A stretch of DNA of 64,000 nt from Felis catus (lineage: Eukaryota), in assembly GCF_018350175.1 (NCBI RefSeq), contig NC_058368.1, forward strand, positions 187,614,001-187,678,000. Reading direction: 5' to 3'. Numbering within the stretch: the first letter of the stretch is position 1; each line of letters opens with the position of its first letter. Both the position numbers and the translations under genes were made by a program. Under the pieces are notes generated by a model. It did not search any database, was not told the DNA's origin, and worked only from the letters and a program-made list of their open reading frames with translations. Shown piece by piece: positions 26,680 to 39,120 of the stretch.

Positions 26680-27193
26680 ATGAATCATTTCTCTTTGGAC
26701 AGGCATTTAGTTGTCCCTAGTTTTGCTATTATAAACAGTGCTGCACTTAAACTCTTGCACTATGGACAGGGACCTTGTGTACTAGGCAGGGCTCTTACTA
26801 AGATTGATATGTTGAAGTCAAGAGGCTTCTTCCAATTCTTTTGTCAACCCATTACCAGCACAGCCCATTGAAGGACTGGTCTGGCAGGCAAACCAGACTC
26901 TTCCCTAGAAGGCAGGGAGAAGGAAAGGGGTGAACTGTTATAAGTTATTCTTTTTTGCCCTGATCCAGTGGTTCTGGAGGGTAAGTATCACCATTCCCAT
27001 TTTCCAGATAAGACTGGGAGAAGTGCCCCAGGTTATACCAGCAGGATTTGCATCCATTTCTATGTGACTCCAAAGCCTTCTTGCTCTTTCCATTACCCAA
27101 AGGCTCCTGCTCCAAGGATGGAAAGCCAAGGCCCACAGCCTCTGCCTAGTTCTGTGAAGGCCCCTCCATAACACCAGCTGCTCTGTCTTCCAG

Positions 27194-27807
27194 GTCCACC
27201 TGGCCGGACAGGTAACCGGGGAAAGCCAGGACCAAAGGGCAAAGCCGGGGCCATTGGGCGGGCCGGTCCTCGCGGCCCCAAGGGGGTCAGTGGTGCCCCG
27301 GGGAAGCACGGCACACCAGGAAAGAAGGGGCCTAAGGGCAGGAAGGGGGAGCCGGGCCTCCCAGGCCCCTGCAGCTGCGGCAGTGGCCACGCCAAGTCTG
27401 CCTTCTCAGTGGCAGTGACCAAGAGCTACCCAAGGGAGAGGCTGCCCATCAAGTTTGACAAGATCCTGATGAACGAGGGCGGCCACTACAACGCATCCAG
27501 TGGCAAGTTCGTCTGTGGCGTGCCGGGGATCTACTACTTCACCTATGATATCACCCTGGCCAACAAGCACCTGGCCATCGGCCTGGTGCACAATGGCCAG
27601 TACCGCATCCGGACCTTCGATGCCAACACGGGCAACCATGATGTGGCCTCGGGCTCCACCATCCTGGCTCTGAAGCAGGGTGATGAGGTCTGGCTGCAGA
27701 TCTTCTACTCAGAGCAGAATGGGCTTTTCTACGACCCTTACTGGACCGATAGCCTCTTCACAGGCTTCCTCATCTATGCCGACCAGGACAACCCCAATGA
27801 GGTATAG
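27194..27807 (+). CDS. C1QTNF2: CTRP2 last coding exon: rest of collagen domain and globular C1q domain
   Basis: Acceptor TCTTCCAG|GT at 27193/27194 completes a Gly codon; [16 protein letters not shown]...[31 protein letters not shown]...[19 protein letters not shown]; 244+614=858 nt = 285 aa plus stop. Confidence 0.98.
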
Positions 27808-27941
27808 ACAGGCAGGTGTTGGGTCTCCAGGGAGGTAACCAGATCGTGGACTTCCAGAATAAGACCCCTCAACTCTCTTCTGAGTGGGAGTGGGACCTCC
27901 CAGCCTCGGACATTCCTCCTCTGCCCATTGTTTCTTCCATC

Positions 27942-27947
27942 ATTAAA
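27942..27947 (+). terminator. C1QTNF2: Probable polyadenylation signal (ATTAAA) of C1QTNF2
   Basis: First canonical-type hexamer ~135 nt after the stop, followed by T-rich sequence; alternative AATAAA at 28113-28118. Confidence 0.55.
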
Positions 27948-28414
27948 TCCAAGCTTTTTTATTCATCCTCCCACCTCTCCATTCACTAAATTTTTTTAGT
28001 GTCCACTGTGTGACAGGCACTATGATATGCTCTGGAAGGTGCCTCTGTGAACAAAATAGACAGAGGCTCTGTCGTTGTGAGGCTTACATTCTAGTAGGAG
28101 ATACAACTTACAAATAAACAATCAAAGAATATAATTATTGTTCCAGGATGGAGACACACATGCCATGGTCAAGAGTAACAGGAATTACTACTATAGTAAT
28201 GAGACAAGGAAGAAGTTGAAACTGTTTTTAGATTTTACTTTTTTAGATTTACTTACATAAGGTCTATAAATCTTAAGTGGACAGCTCAATGAGTTTTTAC
28301 ACATGCACACAGCTTGTAACTTCCATGTAGGTCACGAAGAGAATATTTCCCCCTCTTCCACTCCCCAAGGCTCTCTTAAGTGCCCTCCCAGTCAGCACCA
28401 GGAAGAAGTTATTT

Positions 28415-28603
28415 GTTTTCAAGTTTACTTATTTAGTTTGAGAGAGAGAGAGAGAAGAATAAGAAGAGAGAGAGAATCCCAAGCAGTCTCCACACTGTTA
28501 GTGCAGAGCCCAACGCGGGGCTTAATCTCACGAACCGTGAGACCATGACCTGAGCCAAAACCAAAAGTCAGATGCTTAACTGACTGAGCCACCCAGGCAC
28601 CCC
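28415..28603 (-). mobile_element. CAN-SINE
   Basis: TSD AGGAAGAAGTTATTT on both sides. Confidence 0.92.
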
Positions 28604-28929
28604 AGGAAGAAGTTATTTTTAAGCTGAGTCCAGAAGCAGAAGACAGAGCAAGACAAAGGTCTGGGGGAAGGGGCCTCCTGGAAGAAGGAGCTGTGGTGCA
28701 AGGACCTTGCATCAGGAAAGAGTTGAAAATATCTCAGGGACTGACTGAAGGCCAGAGAGATGAGTGAAGTGAGAAAGGAGACAGGAGGCATGAGGTGTGA
28801 GGCTGGATATGATACAGAATCTCACAGGCCATGGCAAAGAGTTCACTCTGCTCAGGAAATCTCATGGAAATGCAAGAGTGAGCTGACATTAATATGGGGA
28901 TAACCTTGAATCTGCTCAATGCATGAGTA

Positions 28930-30170
28930 AGCCAGTCTCACACTTAAGCACTTTATTGTTAGTTACAAATCACCTACAGGCTCACTTCTCAATCAGGCGG
29001 ATACACCAGGATATGCAAGTGTGCCTAAGAAGATGGGAGGAAGGAGTAACGTGTAAGTGAATCTTGCCCCCTCCTCAGGGGTTTCCAAAGTACAGGGATC
29101 TGAGGGACAGAAAAAGCTACAATATGAAGTGGCTGGTGCTGAGAGAGCCCCACAGGTCAATTGCTGAAGAGAAGTTTCTGATGGAGCTGGCAGGTTGCTC
29201 TGACTGACCTCTAGCTGGAAAGGTGGGACCAGCAGGGCTGCCTGGGGTGGTCCTGGAAATGGATGGCTCCTCCTTAAATAAAATGAGGATTACTTAAAAT
29301 AACTCCATTCTCTCTGGGCCACAAAAAGTAGGGGATTGGGATGGGTTTAAGAAACCCAGGAAGGGATTTGGGGCCCGAGTGGATTAGTGTATGGGTTGTG
29401 GTCCTGCCCATCACCCCCGTAGGAAGGAAGGTGGAAGGTTATCTTTGTCTGTGAAGAGTTCTTTTTTCCTTTCCTTTATTAAAAAAAAAAAAAAAAAACT
29501 TTTTAGGAGCATCTTTAGCCACTTCCTCTTCCTTCCCCCAGGGATTTAGTCATTTGAAGGCAGTTGACTTAACCCTTTATAGTCTAAGTAATAAATCCAG
29601 CCTGAGCAAGATGGGCAGGATCCCAAAGCCCTGTGGTTGCCCCTTCTGGGCCTGACCTAACCCATGTCCCATTGGCACCCTGCCAGGGAAATCCCCAGGG
29701 AGGGCCATGGAGATGGGGAGGGGGGACGGTGAGGGGGGATCTTAGCATTCTTTGTGGGGGTTGGGGCAGATAGAGGCAGAGACCTTCCTTAGATGTGGTC
29801 CAGGGGCTGCTGGAGATGGTGTGATAGGAGCACCAGGTTTGTGGCATGTGGGACAGGAGCAGGTGACACGGTTGAGAGAGTTGCTGGCAGCCTGCTGATG
29901 GTGAGGGTGAGGGCTGGCTTATCTACTCCCACTTCTGAGGTGGCTGCCTCTGTGGGGGGCCGCTTGAAGTCCTTAGGCAGATGAGGCAGGATGGAGGCCC
30001 AAGTGAGGAAGGCGTTCCAAGTAGGTGGCCTTCCCAGGCACGCTGGGGTAGCAGCCCCTCCTCCTGCCTCAGCAAACAGGACCTGTCTTTACGCCTTCAC
30101 GTTTGTAGGCATTGATGAAGACCCAGAACCCGGTGCATCTTAATGCAATAAAATTGCCCTTGAACCCCAG
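28930..30170 (-). other. Unidentified mRNA-like (possibly retrocopied 3' end) segment
   Basis: Non-repeat-looking GC-rich segment with minus-strand AATAAA at 29475-29480 (after a U18 run) and 28952-28957; 9-mer AGTTCTTTT at 29457 and 30169; parent not recognised. Confidence 0.3.
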
Positions 30171-30209
30171 TTCTTTTCTCATAATAGGCACATTTTGAAA
30201 GGCATCCAC

Positions 30210-30747
30210 TGTTAAAGATAAAGAAAGCTGACCCTAGTTAAAGTGGTAAAGACAGATTTTAATCAGTAATATAATCTTACAATAGGGAAAAGTGTCCCAC
30301 GTGAACTGAACCCAACTTGCATTTGTACAGAGGTGACTAAGTGTTTTAAAGGGGGATGGAGGGAATAGGGATGGGGGGCTCTGTGGGGTCAGGGAAGTGG
30401 AAAACTACAAAATAGAGGAAGGGAGCTGGTCCATGTGACACCCACCTGGGTCTGCTAAGTGATGTTTATTGAAATTGGGTTCCTACCCTCCCACAGAGAC
30501 TGGGAGACACAGGGTGCCATCTTCACATGTTGGCTGGAATAAATAGCACATTCCTTTGGCTTCCTAGAGTTTTCTCAATCAGCCACTTTAAGGGAGGCTT
30601 AGGGTCATCCTAGGGACCTGACCCTGAGCTATTAGAAACTGTGTTAATGTTCGTTCAAGTCTTTATAGGCTGAACTTGACAGGCCTAGTCAAGAAGAAGG
30701 CTCCGAGTAGTGTGAGTGGTGTTTGGGCCAAGAAAGAGTCTTTGTCA
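30210..30747 (-). mobile_element. ERV1 solo LTR (MER31/MER67-like)
   Basis: TG...CA termini; minus strand starts TGACAAAGACTCTTTCTTGGCCCAAAC; 4-bp TSD CCAC/CCAT; minus-strand AATAAA near 30465. Confidence 0.75.
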
Positions 30748-33449
30748 CCATCTCCTTTGGAGAAAGCCTGGACGATCTGCAGCTCCGATTATCATGGTGC
30801 AAAGAGCACCAGGCCCACGCCGCCCTGACGAGCCAGCCTTGGCCCTGGCTGGACCTCACGGCTCCTCTGACAAGTGAGGGTGGTTGCATGTCATGTGTCT
30901 GTGGGGTCTCCCAGGGCTGACATCCGAATTAGGACTATGGCTAGGGGCGGGTAGCAAATGAGACACTTACCTCAGACACAAAATTTAAGGGGGTGCCAAA
31001 AACCTCAGTAACAAATACGAATAGTATTTTAAGGTAATATTTTAATAAATCAAAATTTATGCAAAAAAAAAAACTCTACAATGAACAAAATATCAGAATT
31101 TTAAGTAAAGCTGGGATCTGACGGTGCTGTGATTACAGTGAGGTGAGGGAGGCCACAGACCCTGGCAGCATCAGACGCCTGGCAGCCAGGCCCTGGAAGG
31201 GGAAACTCTTTTCTTCCACTTCCGGCCTGTCATCTTCGCTCATTCCACTAGGGGGAGAATGTCTACCACACAAACCTCCAGTCCTGAGGCTTAGAGGCTT
31301 GAAGAGCGTCTCTCGTCTTTCTCTAGGCTGTTTTCTAGATTCAGAGCCAAAGGGAAAAAAGAGAGATTCTGGCCATTGGTATTATGCAGCCATGACCTTC
31401 CACTGGGGAAAAGAAAAGGAATAAAACACAAGAGCCGCGTGCCTTCCTAACACTTTCAGTTAAAGGATTTCACATACACTCAAAATTGCAGAGATAGCAG
31501 GGATAGTGCAGGAATACAGCAGTTGTCTGGGAAACAAGAAATCTGGGTTCCAGTCCTAGCTCCACCTTGATTTCTTGAGTGGCTTTGGCCAAGTCATTTC
31601 CCATCTGGTGGCCTCAGTTTTACCATCTGTACAAGGAAGGGTTGGATCAGATGGTCTCAGAATCCATTTTGGCACTGAACATCTATGTTTCTGTCTCTGA
31701 AGCAGAGCTAGGAGAAGAGTTCATGAAACATAAATTAAAACAGCTGGATGAATCAGGCCAGCATGTTCTGAAAGGCTGAACTTCCATATTCAGTCTTCTT
31801 CCACTGAAGAGTTTCAACCAACTGCTGGTACTAGGTTTCCTGAGCTGGAAGACAAGTCACTTTCTCTCACATTAGCCTTAGGCTGGCTTTTTCCATGTAT
31901 TGTATTTTTTCAGCTTCTCAACACCCCAGTGAGCAGCTATGAGGATCATCATCCCCACTTTACAGATGGAGAATTTTGAGCCCTTAGAAAGGTTAGGTCA
32001 GTGCCAAGGTCGCCTAGCTGGTAAATGCAAGGCCAGGACTACAAGGGCATCTGAATCCAGAGGGTGTGCTTTCAGCGATACTGGCTGCCAGCAGACTCAT
32101 GTGTGGGCCCTCCCTGCCACCTGTGTGTCCCCTGGGAGAAGGAGAGCCAGGGAATGAGAAGTGCCCTGATCTGGTGAGTGGTGAGGGGGCTGGGCCCCAG
32201 ACACTGCCCTCCTACAAAGCAGGATCGAGTCTATGATGGATTCAGCAGACATCTCCTGAGGACTTGCCAGGTCAAGGCACCAGTGGTCCCCTGGTCAGGC
32301 AGGGAGTCAGACCTGGGGAGTCAGAACCCACCAGGGCAGGTGGGGGCATGGGAGGGGCTGAGAACAGCTGCACCTCCTCCAGCCTCCTTTCAGTTTCCTT
32401 GGTGGGGCCTGCAGAGCCCAGGGAGGGGAGGAGTTGTCTGGCCTGTTAACAGGCCGGTTAGCTGGCCCTATGGCACAGCCAGTTTTGCCAATCCCTGACC
32501 CCTGGCTGAGGGAAAAACTAAAACAGGAAGGCTCCAATTCTGCTCTTTAATGGGGGGTGTTCGTTTTTCATTATCCCCTTTCTTGGTGCCACTCCCACAG
32601 CTGTCCTTAGGCCCAGATGGACAAAGAATATAAAGCTCTGAGGATGAGTTGGAAGGTCTAACTCTTCAACCACAGTGCCTGAGGGCAATGCTATGCTCCC
32701 TGGTTCCTAAGAACCTTGGAGAAATTTCTGGCCTGGCCCCTCCCACTCTCCTGGCTTCAGAGACAGAGCTTAGAAAAAAATTTCTCAGAAAAAACACAAA
32801 GATGGCTCTGGCCAAATCGCTTTTTTAAAGCCATTCTTCATCTACTTCATAATTTTTTCCCTCAGATTGGCCCTGATTAAAAACAAGAAGGAAGAATTAT
32901 CTCTGGGATTTATTTTCACTGATGCCCTTGTAAATTAGCAAGGCTATTTTACCTATTCATGCCCTATCCCATGTGGTCTTTGATCTTCAAGTTGAGGCTG
33001 ACAGTTATCCAAAATGGCCCCCTTGTATAAAAAGTCCATATTCCACTTGGGGCTCTCCTATCAAATAAAACTCATTTAATGTATGAGCTTAATTACATGG
33101 AGACCAAGGGCCCTGGAGGTGAAAGGCTAAGGAGGGCATTAAATCTGGAACCACTTCTCACTGCCTCATCACTTGGTAGAACTGTATGGGCGAATCACTC
33201 TTGAAAGGCTCCCCATCCCCTAGTTGTTGTCCCATTCAGGCACCGTACAACCAGAACTTGCCCAGGGCAGGGTGTGGAGTGTCTGGAATAGCCACCTTCT
33301 ATGAGGAATAGAGAGGAGAGGGGAACAGGAGTCCTGACAGTGTCTGCCCACCTCTGCAAAGGGGCCTGGGGTCAAGGGTGCTTTGAGAAGCTCTAGAAGG
33401 CAGACTTAAACAACTATTGCACTTCATCTTGTGACTGTTTTTGGCCAGT

Positions 33450-34030
33450 TTATTTATTCAACATATAATTATTGACCCTCAGCTATGTGCCAAGCACTGA
33501 GTTAGGCATTGGGAATACTAGGATGAGCAAAACACAGATATGGTCTCTGTCTTCTTGGAGCTTAGAGTCTAGCACAGATGATAGATGTTGGACAAATGAC
33601 CACCAAATAAATGTGAAATGTCAGTTGTGACATGGTCCCATGAGAATGGCAGTGAGGATTTGTTTTGATAAGAGAGGTCAGGGAGAACTTGAACTGGTAG
33701 AAAGAAGACAGAGATGAGAGCTACAGGGTGAATTAGCCGTGGGCAGCCAAGAGGAGAAGGCATTCCAGGGCAGAGGATCACATGCAAAGGCACTTGGTGT
33801 GACAAAGCCTGGCAGCTGGAGGCAATCAAAAAAGTCCCCTCCCTCAGGCCACGGGGCGGGGGAAAGGTGTAAGAGGAGGAGATGACTAGAAGAGCCCAGA
33901 TCTTGAAGACTGGTGGGTCAAACTGAAGACTTCTGTCTTGACCCCGAGAATAACGGAAAACCACAGAATGATTTTAAGTGGGCGGGTGATAGAAGCAAAC
34001 TTGGGTTTGAGAACTTGCTTGAGATCACTC
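33450..34030 (-). mobile_element. L2 LINE 3' fragment
   Basis: TTTATTCAACATATAATTATTGACC..CTATGTGCCAAGCACTG..CATTCCAGGGCAGAGG..GATCACTCTTGCAGC. Confidence 0.75.
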
Positions 34031-35558
34031 TTGCAGCCATAAGAATAACATTTGAAGTTAACCTAAAGAAGAGTTTTCTAATGGAATGCTTGACTTTGGG
34101 AAAGTAATGACAATGAACACATTTGTTGGCCTTTTACAAGGAATGAAGCACTGTGCCATGTGCTTTTCATGGATTAATACATTTGGCCTTGAGAACAGCA
34201 CATCAGATAGGTGTGTTACTATGATGCACTTTTTACAGATGAGGAAATAGAGGCACAGAAAGTTGGTTGTGGTCACTCAGTGGAACAAGTTGCAGAGCAG
34301 GAGCTCAAATCCAAGTCTGTCTGACCACAGAGACCCCACTTATGATGACTGCAGCACCAGAAGGCATCAAGTGACCAGAGCCCTGGTCCCCAACCTTGGT
34401 TGCACATTGGAATCACCCGGGTGGGGCGTTAAAAATGTGAATCCTCTTCCCAGAGAGATTCTGTTACAATCAATCTGGAGTGCAGCCCTGGGAATTGGGA
34501 ATTCTTGTGAACTCCCCAGATGGGTTTACAGATTGTGCGGCTTGGTTGAGCCCCACTGCCTAAGCCTGGGAAGACACTTGGGAGTCTGTTGTAACTTACA
34601 GCCATTTCTCCGGCTCTACTCAGTGACCTCCGAGTTCCCTTCCAGTTTCAATATTCTGCGATTTTATGATATACCAGTTGTGCTGCCAGAAGCCTTTCTC
34701 CCAAGGTGAATGGGTTTCTGGAACTGACAAATAGAGGCCAAGGGACCTAGGTAACGCAGCATTGGCTCTAATGGGTAGGCATCAAGAGCCAAGTCCTAAA
34801 GGCTGCATCTTGAGTCCTGCCAGCCACCTTCCCTCTGGCCCAGCCCCATCCTGCAGACAACTGGAGAGGAGGAAGAGCTCTCGGAGCACAGCCAGAGCTG
34901 GATGTTGCTGGCTATTGGCCCCATTATGGGGGACTGATCCACTCCTTTGAGAGTATCTGGGACCTTGGAAGATAGGAGGATCCCTCCCAAGGCCAATGCC
35001 TCCCAGACCATGCCTGAGAGCTGGGTGGTGAAAAGAACTGGAGAACATCCCTCACCTGGCCCCCTGGAGGCTCCTTGGCTTCTTGTAAGTGTGGCTGCCT
35101 AGAGCAGGTTATGACCTCTTCCCCTTTGTCTCTCCAGCCAGGCTGGTTTGCTACCACTTGAACCTGCCAAATTTATTCCCCCATCTAGGCCCTGCATTTG
35201 CTGGTCCTTGGGCTTAAATGCCCTCCTCCAGCTATTCCCTTGGCAACTCTGGGCCCAGCACCCAGGCCTGACCGCTTGGCAGAGCTCTGAGCAGACCCTG
35301 AGTTGAGGGGCCCAGAGGCAGCTCATGCCTGAGCCCCCACACACTCCCCACTCCCACCCCCCTCACCTCCCCCATCCATGCTCCTCCCAGATGCCTCCTC
35401 CCTAACATCTGGGGTAAGCTTTCATCTGCCCCTAAGGAGGCCAGCCCCACATGAACTACATCACTGGCAGTCTGAAGATTCAAATCACAAATGCTCACAT
35501 GACCCTCTCTGAGCTCAGAGGCTGCACAACCACAGGAAGCTGAAAACAGGTAAGACAT

Positions 35559-35765
35559 GGGGCACCCAGGTGGCTTGGTCAGTTAAGCATCCAACTCTTT
35601 GTGATCTCATGGTCACGATCTCAGGTCGTGGTCTCAGGTCGTGATCTCATGGTCATGAGATTGAGCCCGTGGCGACATGGAGCCTACTTGGGATTGGGGT
35701 ACTCTCCCTGCCTCTCTCTCTGCTCCTACCCCTCCTCATAATAAATAAATGAACTTAAAAATAAA
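35559..35765 (+). mobile_element. CAN-SINE with internal 13/14-bp tandem amplification
   Basis: GTGATCTCA(T)GGTC-like unit x4 at 35601-35654. Confidence 0.85.
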
Positions 35766-36699
35766 AGCAGTGGGGCAGTGGAAAATAAAACCACTACCTC
35801 ACATTTGAGAGCTGCTTTCTGGCTTTTCCAGGCCCTCCTGGAACTATTATCTCATTTATAGACTTAGAATCTGACAGCCTCATAGCAGCCACATGTGCCC
35901 CCCTCACAATATAAATAAGAAATTTAGGGGACCAGAGATTTTATGGCTGGTACAAAGTCATGAAGCCTAAGCTCCAAGCCCAGCCAATTTGGATGCATCT
36001 TTGATTTTCAGGATAATTGTGCAAGATTGGCAGAACAGTATCAATAGCCCATTTGACAGATCAGGAAACAGAGGTGCAGAGACGAATCAGTCTGCCCAAG
36101 GTTACACCGGACCTCACTGGCAAATAAACACCAGAAATCTGCACTCTTGGCCCTGCCACCATTACACCCCAGAGCGCTGCTTCTATGAAGGGCAGCGAGA
36201 AGGCAGGGGCAATGCAAATAATGCCAGTTGAAGTGAGTTCTGAGTGGAAAAGCTGCTTTTAGGACTGTGAATTTGCAACTCCTCAGAACTAGAGTTTGCC
36301 AGAAAAGGTCAGTCCCAGCCCAGTATTTTTCCTTCACCCCTGGGAGTTTTGTTTTTTTTGTTTAGTAAATGACAATAAGTGACCATTCTTACTCCATAGG
36401 GCCATCATGAAGATTAAATGAGATAAAACCCCAAAATGTATGACCTAAACTTAACAGCCAATAAAGAATAGTTGTTATTTTTACTTTAATTACCATTATT
36501 ATAATTTCCATGATAATCATAACCATTCTGGAAAACAAAACGAAACAAAATATGAAAACAGCTTCCTCCAGTGATGGGGCCTCATGTCCAGCCTTCTGGG
36601 CTCCTAGCTGGTAAAATCAACCCAGAGGGAATCTGTCCTTTCTTCCCTTTCCTTTTTTCTTCCTCAAAACACATTTGTGTGCTGGGGCCAAATATAGTA

Positions 36700-37520
36700 C
36701 TGGCTTCTGAGGGCCTATTGTTAAATTTTCAGGAATTTTGTGAGCTGGTAAACCCAGCCATTATTAAAATTAAATTATGTAAACCATTGGGAGCCAATTC
36801 TTCATGGTTCTCTCTCATTTTAGCTGGTATCGCAAGTGGAGGCATTGACTCTTCATTCCGGGTGGTCTTTTCAGAGTTGTTTAGTATTTACCTCCAGAAG
36901 AAAGGGCAGGTTTGCTTATCATTCAGAATAATAAAAATGATGTTTACCTCTGAGCATTACAAAAGATGATAAGTTATCATAAAAGATTCAAGTCCCTAAG
37001 CTCAGGCTTCCTCTCCCATGTTCAACCCACAGCAAGCATAAGCAGCAGCTGGCCCACTTTGCATCCCCCCATGGGAATCGGGGCTCAGGGAACTAGTGCA
37101 AGATAATGCTGATTACTGATTACTGCAGCTGCTGTGAGTAATAAAGGCCTTTGTTTCTGACCTGGGAGTCTCATGTATTTTGCTGGCATCCATGAAACTG
37201 ACAATTTGTTAGCTTACAAGTAGGATAAACTCTTAGAACTTTCCAAAGTCTTGATATAAAATTAAATAAATTACACTAAAACAAACAAAACAAAACAAAG
37301 GTAATAAATACTTCCTACTACATTTTATTATTACCTGTATCTGTTGTAAGTTTGGAAATACTACATATTAGTGTGCTTCTGAGCAGCTCTTCCTGACTCT
37401 GTGTTCAGTGGCATAGTACTGGTAGCTTGAAGTCAGCTATGAAGGCTGTATTTGTACCACAGAAATTTCTCCTCCCCATCTGGAGCCTGTTGTGCAACAT
37501 TTACCTTCACATCACTATTG
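36700..37520. mobile_element. MER63-like hAT element split by an LTR
   Basis: TTGTTAAATTTTCAGGAATTTTGTGAGCTGG..ATTAAAATTAAATTA | ATAAAATTAAATAAATTA..GGTAGCTTGAA..TTTACC..CACATCACT. Confidence 0.6.
36778..37256 (+). mobile_element. ERVL-class solo LTR (MER54/MER74/MER76-like; subfamily uncertain)
   Basis: GGGAGCCAATTCTTCATGG..AAAGGGCAGGTTTGCTTA..ATAAAAGATTC..GTGAGTAATAAAG..GGAGTCTCATGT..CATCCATGAAACTG. Confidence 0.65.
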
Positions 37521-37569
37521 AAATCCTACAAATTTCTCCCCAGCAGTTCTCAATGAGGAGCTTGTTAAA

Positions 37570-39120
37570 ATGCAGACTCTACATTATACAAAAATTAACA
37601 CAAACCTGATCACAGATTTAAGTGTAAAACTTTAAACTTTAAAACTTTTAGAGAAAAGCTTAGGAGAAAATCTTTAGGATATGGCTGGTCAGAGAATCCT
37701 TAGACTTGACTCCAAACTGACCTATATAAGGAAAAATTGAAAACTAAACACTAAAAACTTTTACTCTGTGAAATACCCCATTAAGAGGATGGGAAAACAA
37801 CCTATAGAGTGGGAGACAGTATTGCAAAGCACAATTACGACAAAGGACTAGTACTCTGACTATATTGAAGAAACTCTTAAAACTCAATACCAAAAAGCAA
37901 GCAATCCAATTAGACCATGGGCAGAGGACATTAAGAGACATTTCAGCAAAGATAAAGAAATGGCAACTAAACATACAAAAACAAGATGTTCAAGATCATT
38001 AGCTATTAGAGAAGGTACAAATTAAACCTACAGTATCACTAGGCATCAAAATGGCTAAAATTAAAAATAGTGTTGATAACCAAATTCTGGCAAAGATGCG
38101 GAAACACTGGATCACCCTTACATTGTTGGTAGAAACGTAAAATGGCAGTCCCTCTAGAAAACAGCTTGGCAGTGTCTTTTGAAAAGTAAATATATGGGGC
38201 TCCTGGGGGGCTCAGTCGGTTAAGCATCCAATACTTTTTTTTGTTTTGTTCTGAGAGAGAGAAAGAGAGCAAACACACACTCACAGTGGTGGGGCAGAGG
38301 GAGACAGAAACTCTCAAGCAGGCTCCACACCCAACGCAGAGCCCATTTCAGGGCTCAATCTCAAAACCATGAGATCACAGCAGAAAACAATCTAGAGCAT
38401 TTTGCTGAAGTTTACTCTGAGCCAGACAAATACTTTGTTGGGTACTTTTTATGGCTGTCTCCCTCAATCCTCACAACACTATATATTGCTGACTGTACTA
38501 TCTTTGGACTCATTCTTAAAGATGAAGAAATGATACAAAACGAAGTCACAAGGAACTGCTGATAGGTGCTGGAGCCAACACAAAAACCCAGACAGCTTGA
38601 GTCTGGAACTGTGCATAACACTGTGACAAGTAGTATGTTGGATGCTTTAGAAGTATCTTGTCTAGGAGTGCCTGGGTGGCTCAGTGGGTTAAGCATCCAA
38701 CTCTTGATTTTGACTCAGGTCATGATCCCATGGTGGTGGGATCAAGCCCGATGTCAGGCTCTGTGCTGAGTGTGTGGAGCCTGCTGAAGATTCTCTCTCC
38801 CTCTCTGTCTCTGCCCCTGTCCCCTGCTCATGTTCTCTTTCTTAAAAAAAAAAAAAAAAAGTAAATATACAACTACCATACAAGCCAGCAATTGTGCTCA
38901 TAGGCATTTGTCCCAGAGAAATGAAGACTTGTGTTCACACAAAAACACATACACAATTATTTATGGCAACTTCATTCATAATAGCCCCCAAATGGAAACA
39001 GCCCAGATGTCCTTCAATGAGTGAATGGTTGAACAAATCATGATATACCCATACCATGGAATACTACTCAATGATAAAAAGAAACACACCATTGATACAC
39101 ACAACAACTGAGGTGAAGAA
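37570..39120 (+). mobile_element. Old L1 (ORF2 end/3' region), interrupted at 38195-38860
   Basis: Degraded L1 motifs: ACAAAAATTAAC, GCAATCCAATTAG..TGGGCA, CAACTACCATAC..CCAGCAATT, GGAATACTACTCAA. Confidence 0.8.
38665..38860 (+). mobile_element. CAN-SINE forming the 3' part of a composite insertion
   Basis: Head, (CT)n and A17 tail followed by GTAAATATA. Confidence 0.9.

Noticed and set aside
26938..27639. Minus-strand ORFs (150, 109, 77 aa), plus 22973-23365
   Set aside because: Antisense shadows of GC-rich collagen and C1q codons
30000..30140. Faint resemblance of minus-strand EGVKT..GRRRGC to NDST2 or RHOC C-termini
   Set aside because: Only a few residues match, spacing differs and recalled nucleotide sequence does not fit
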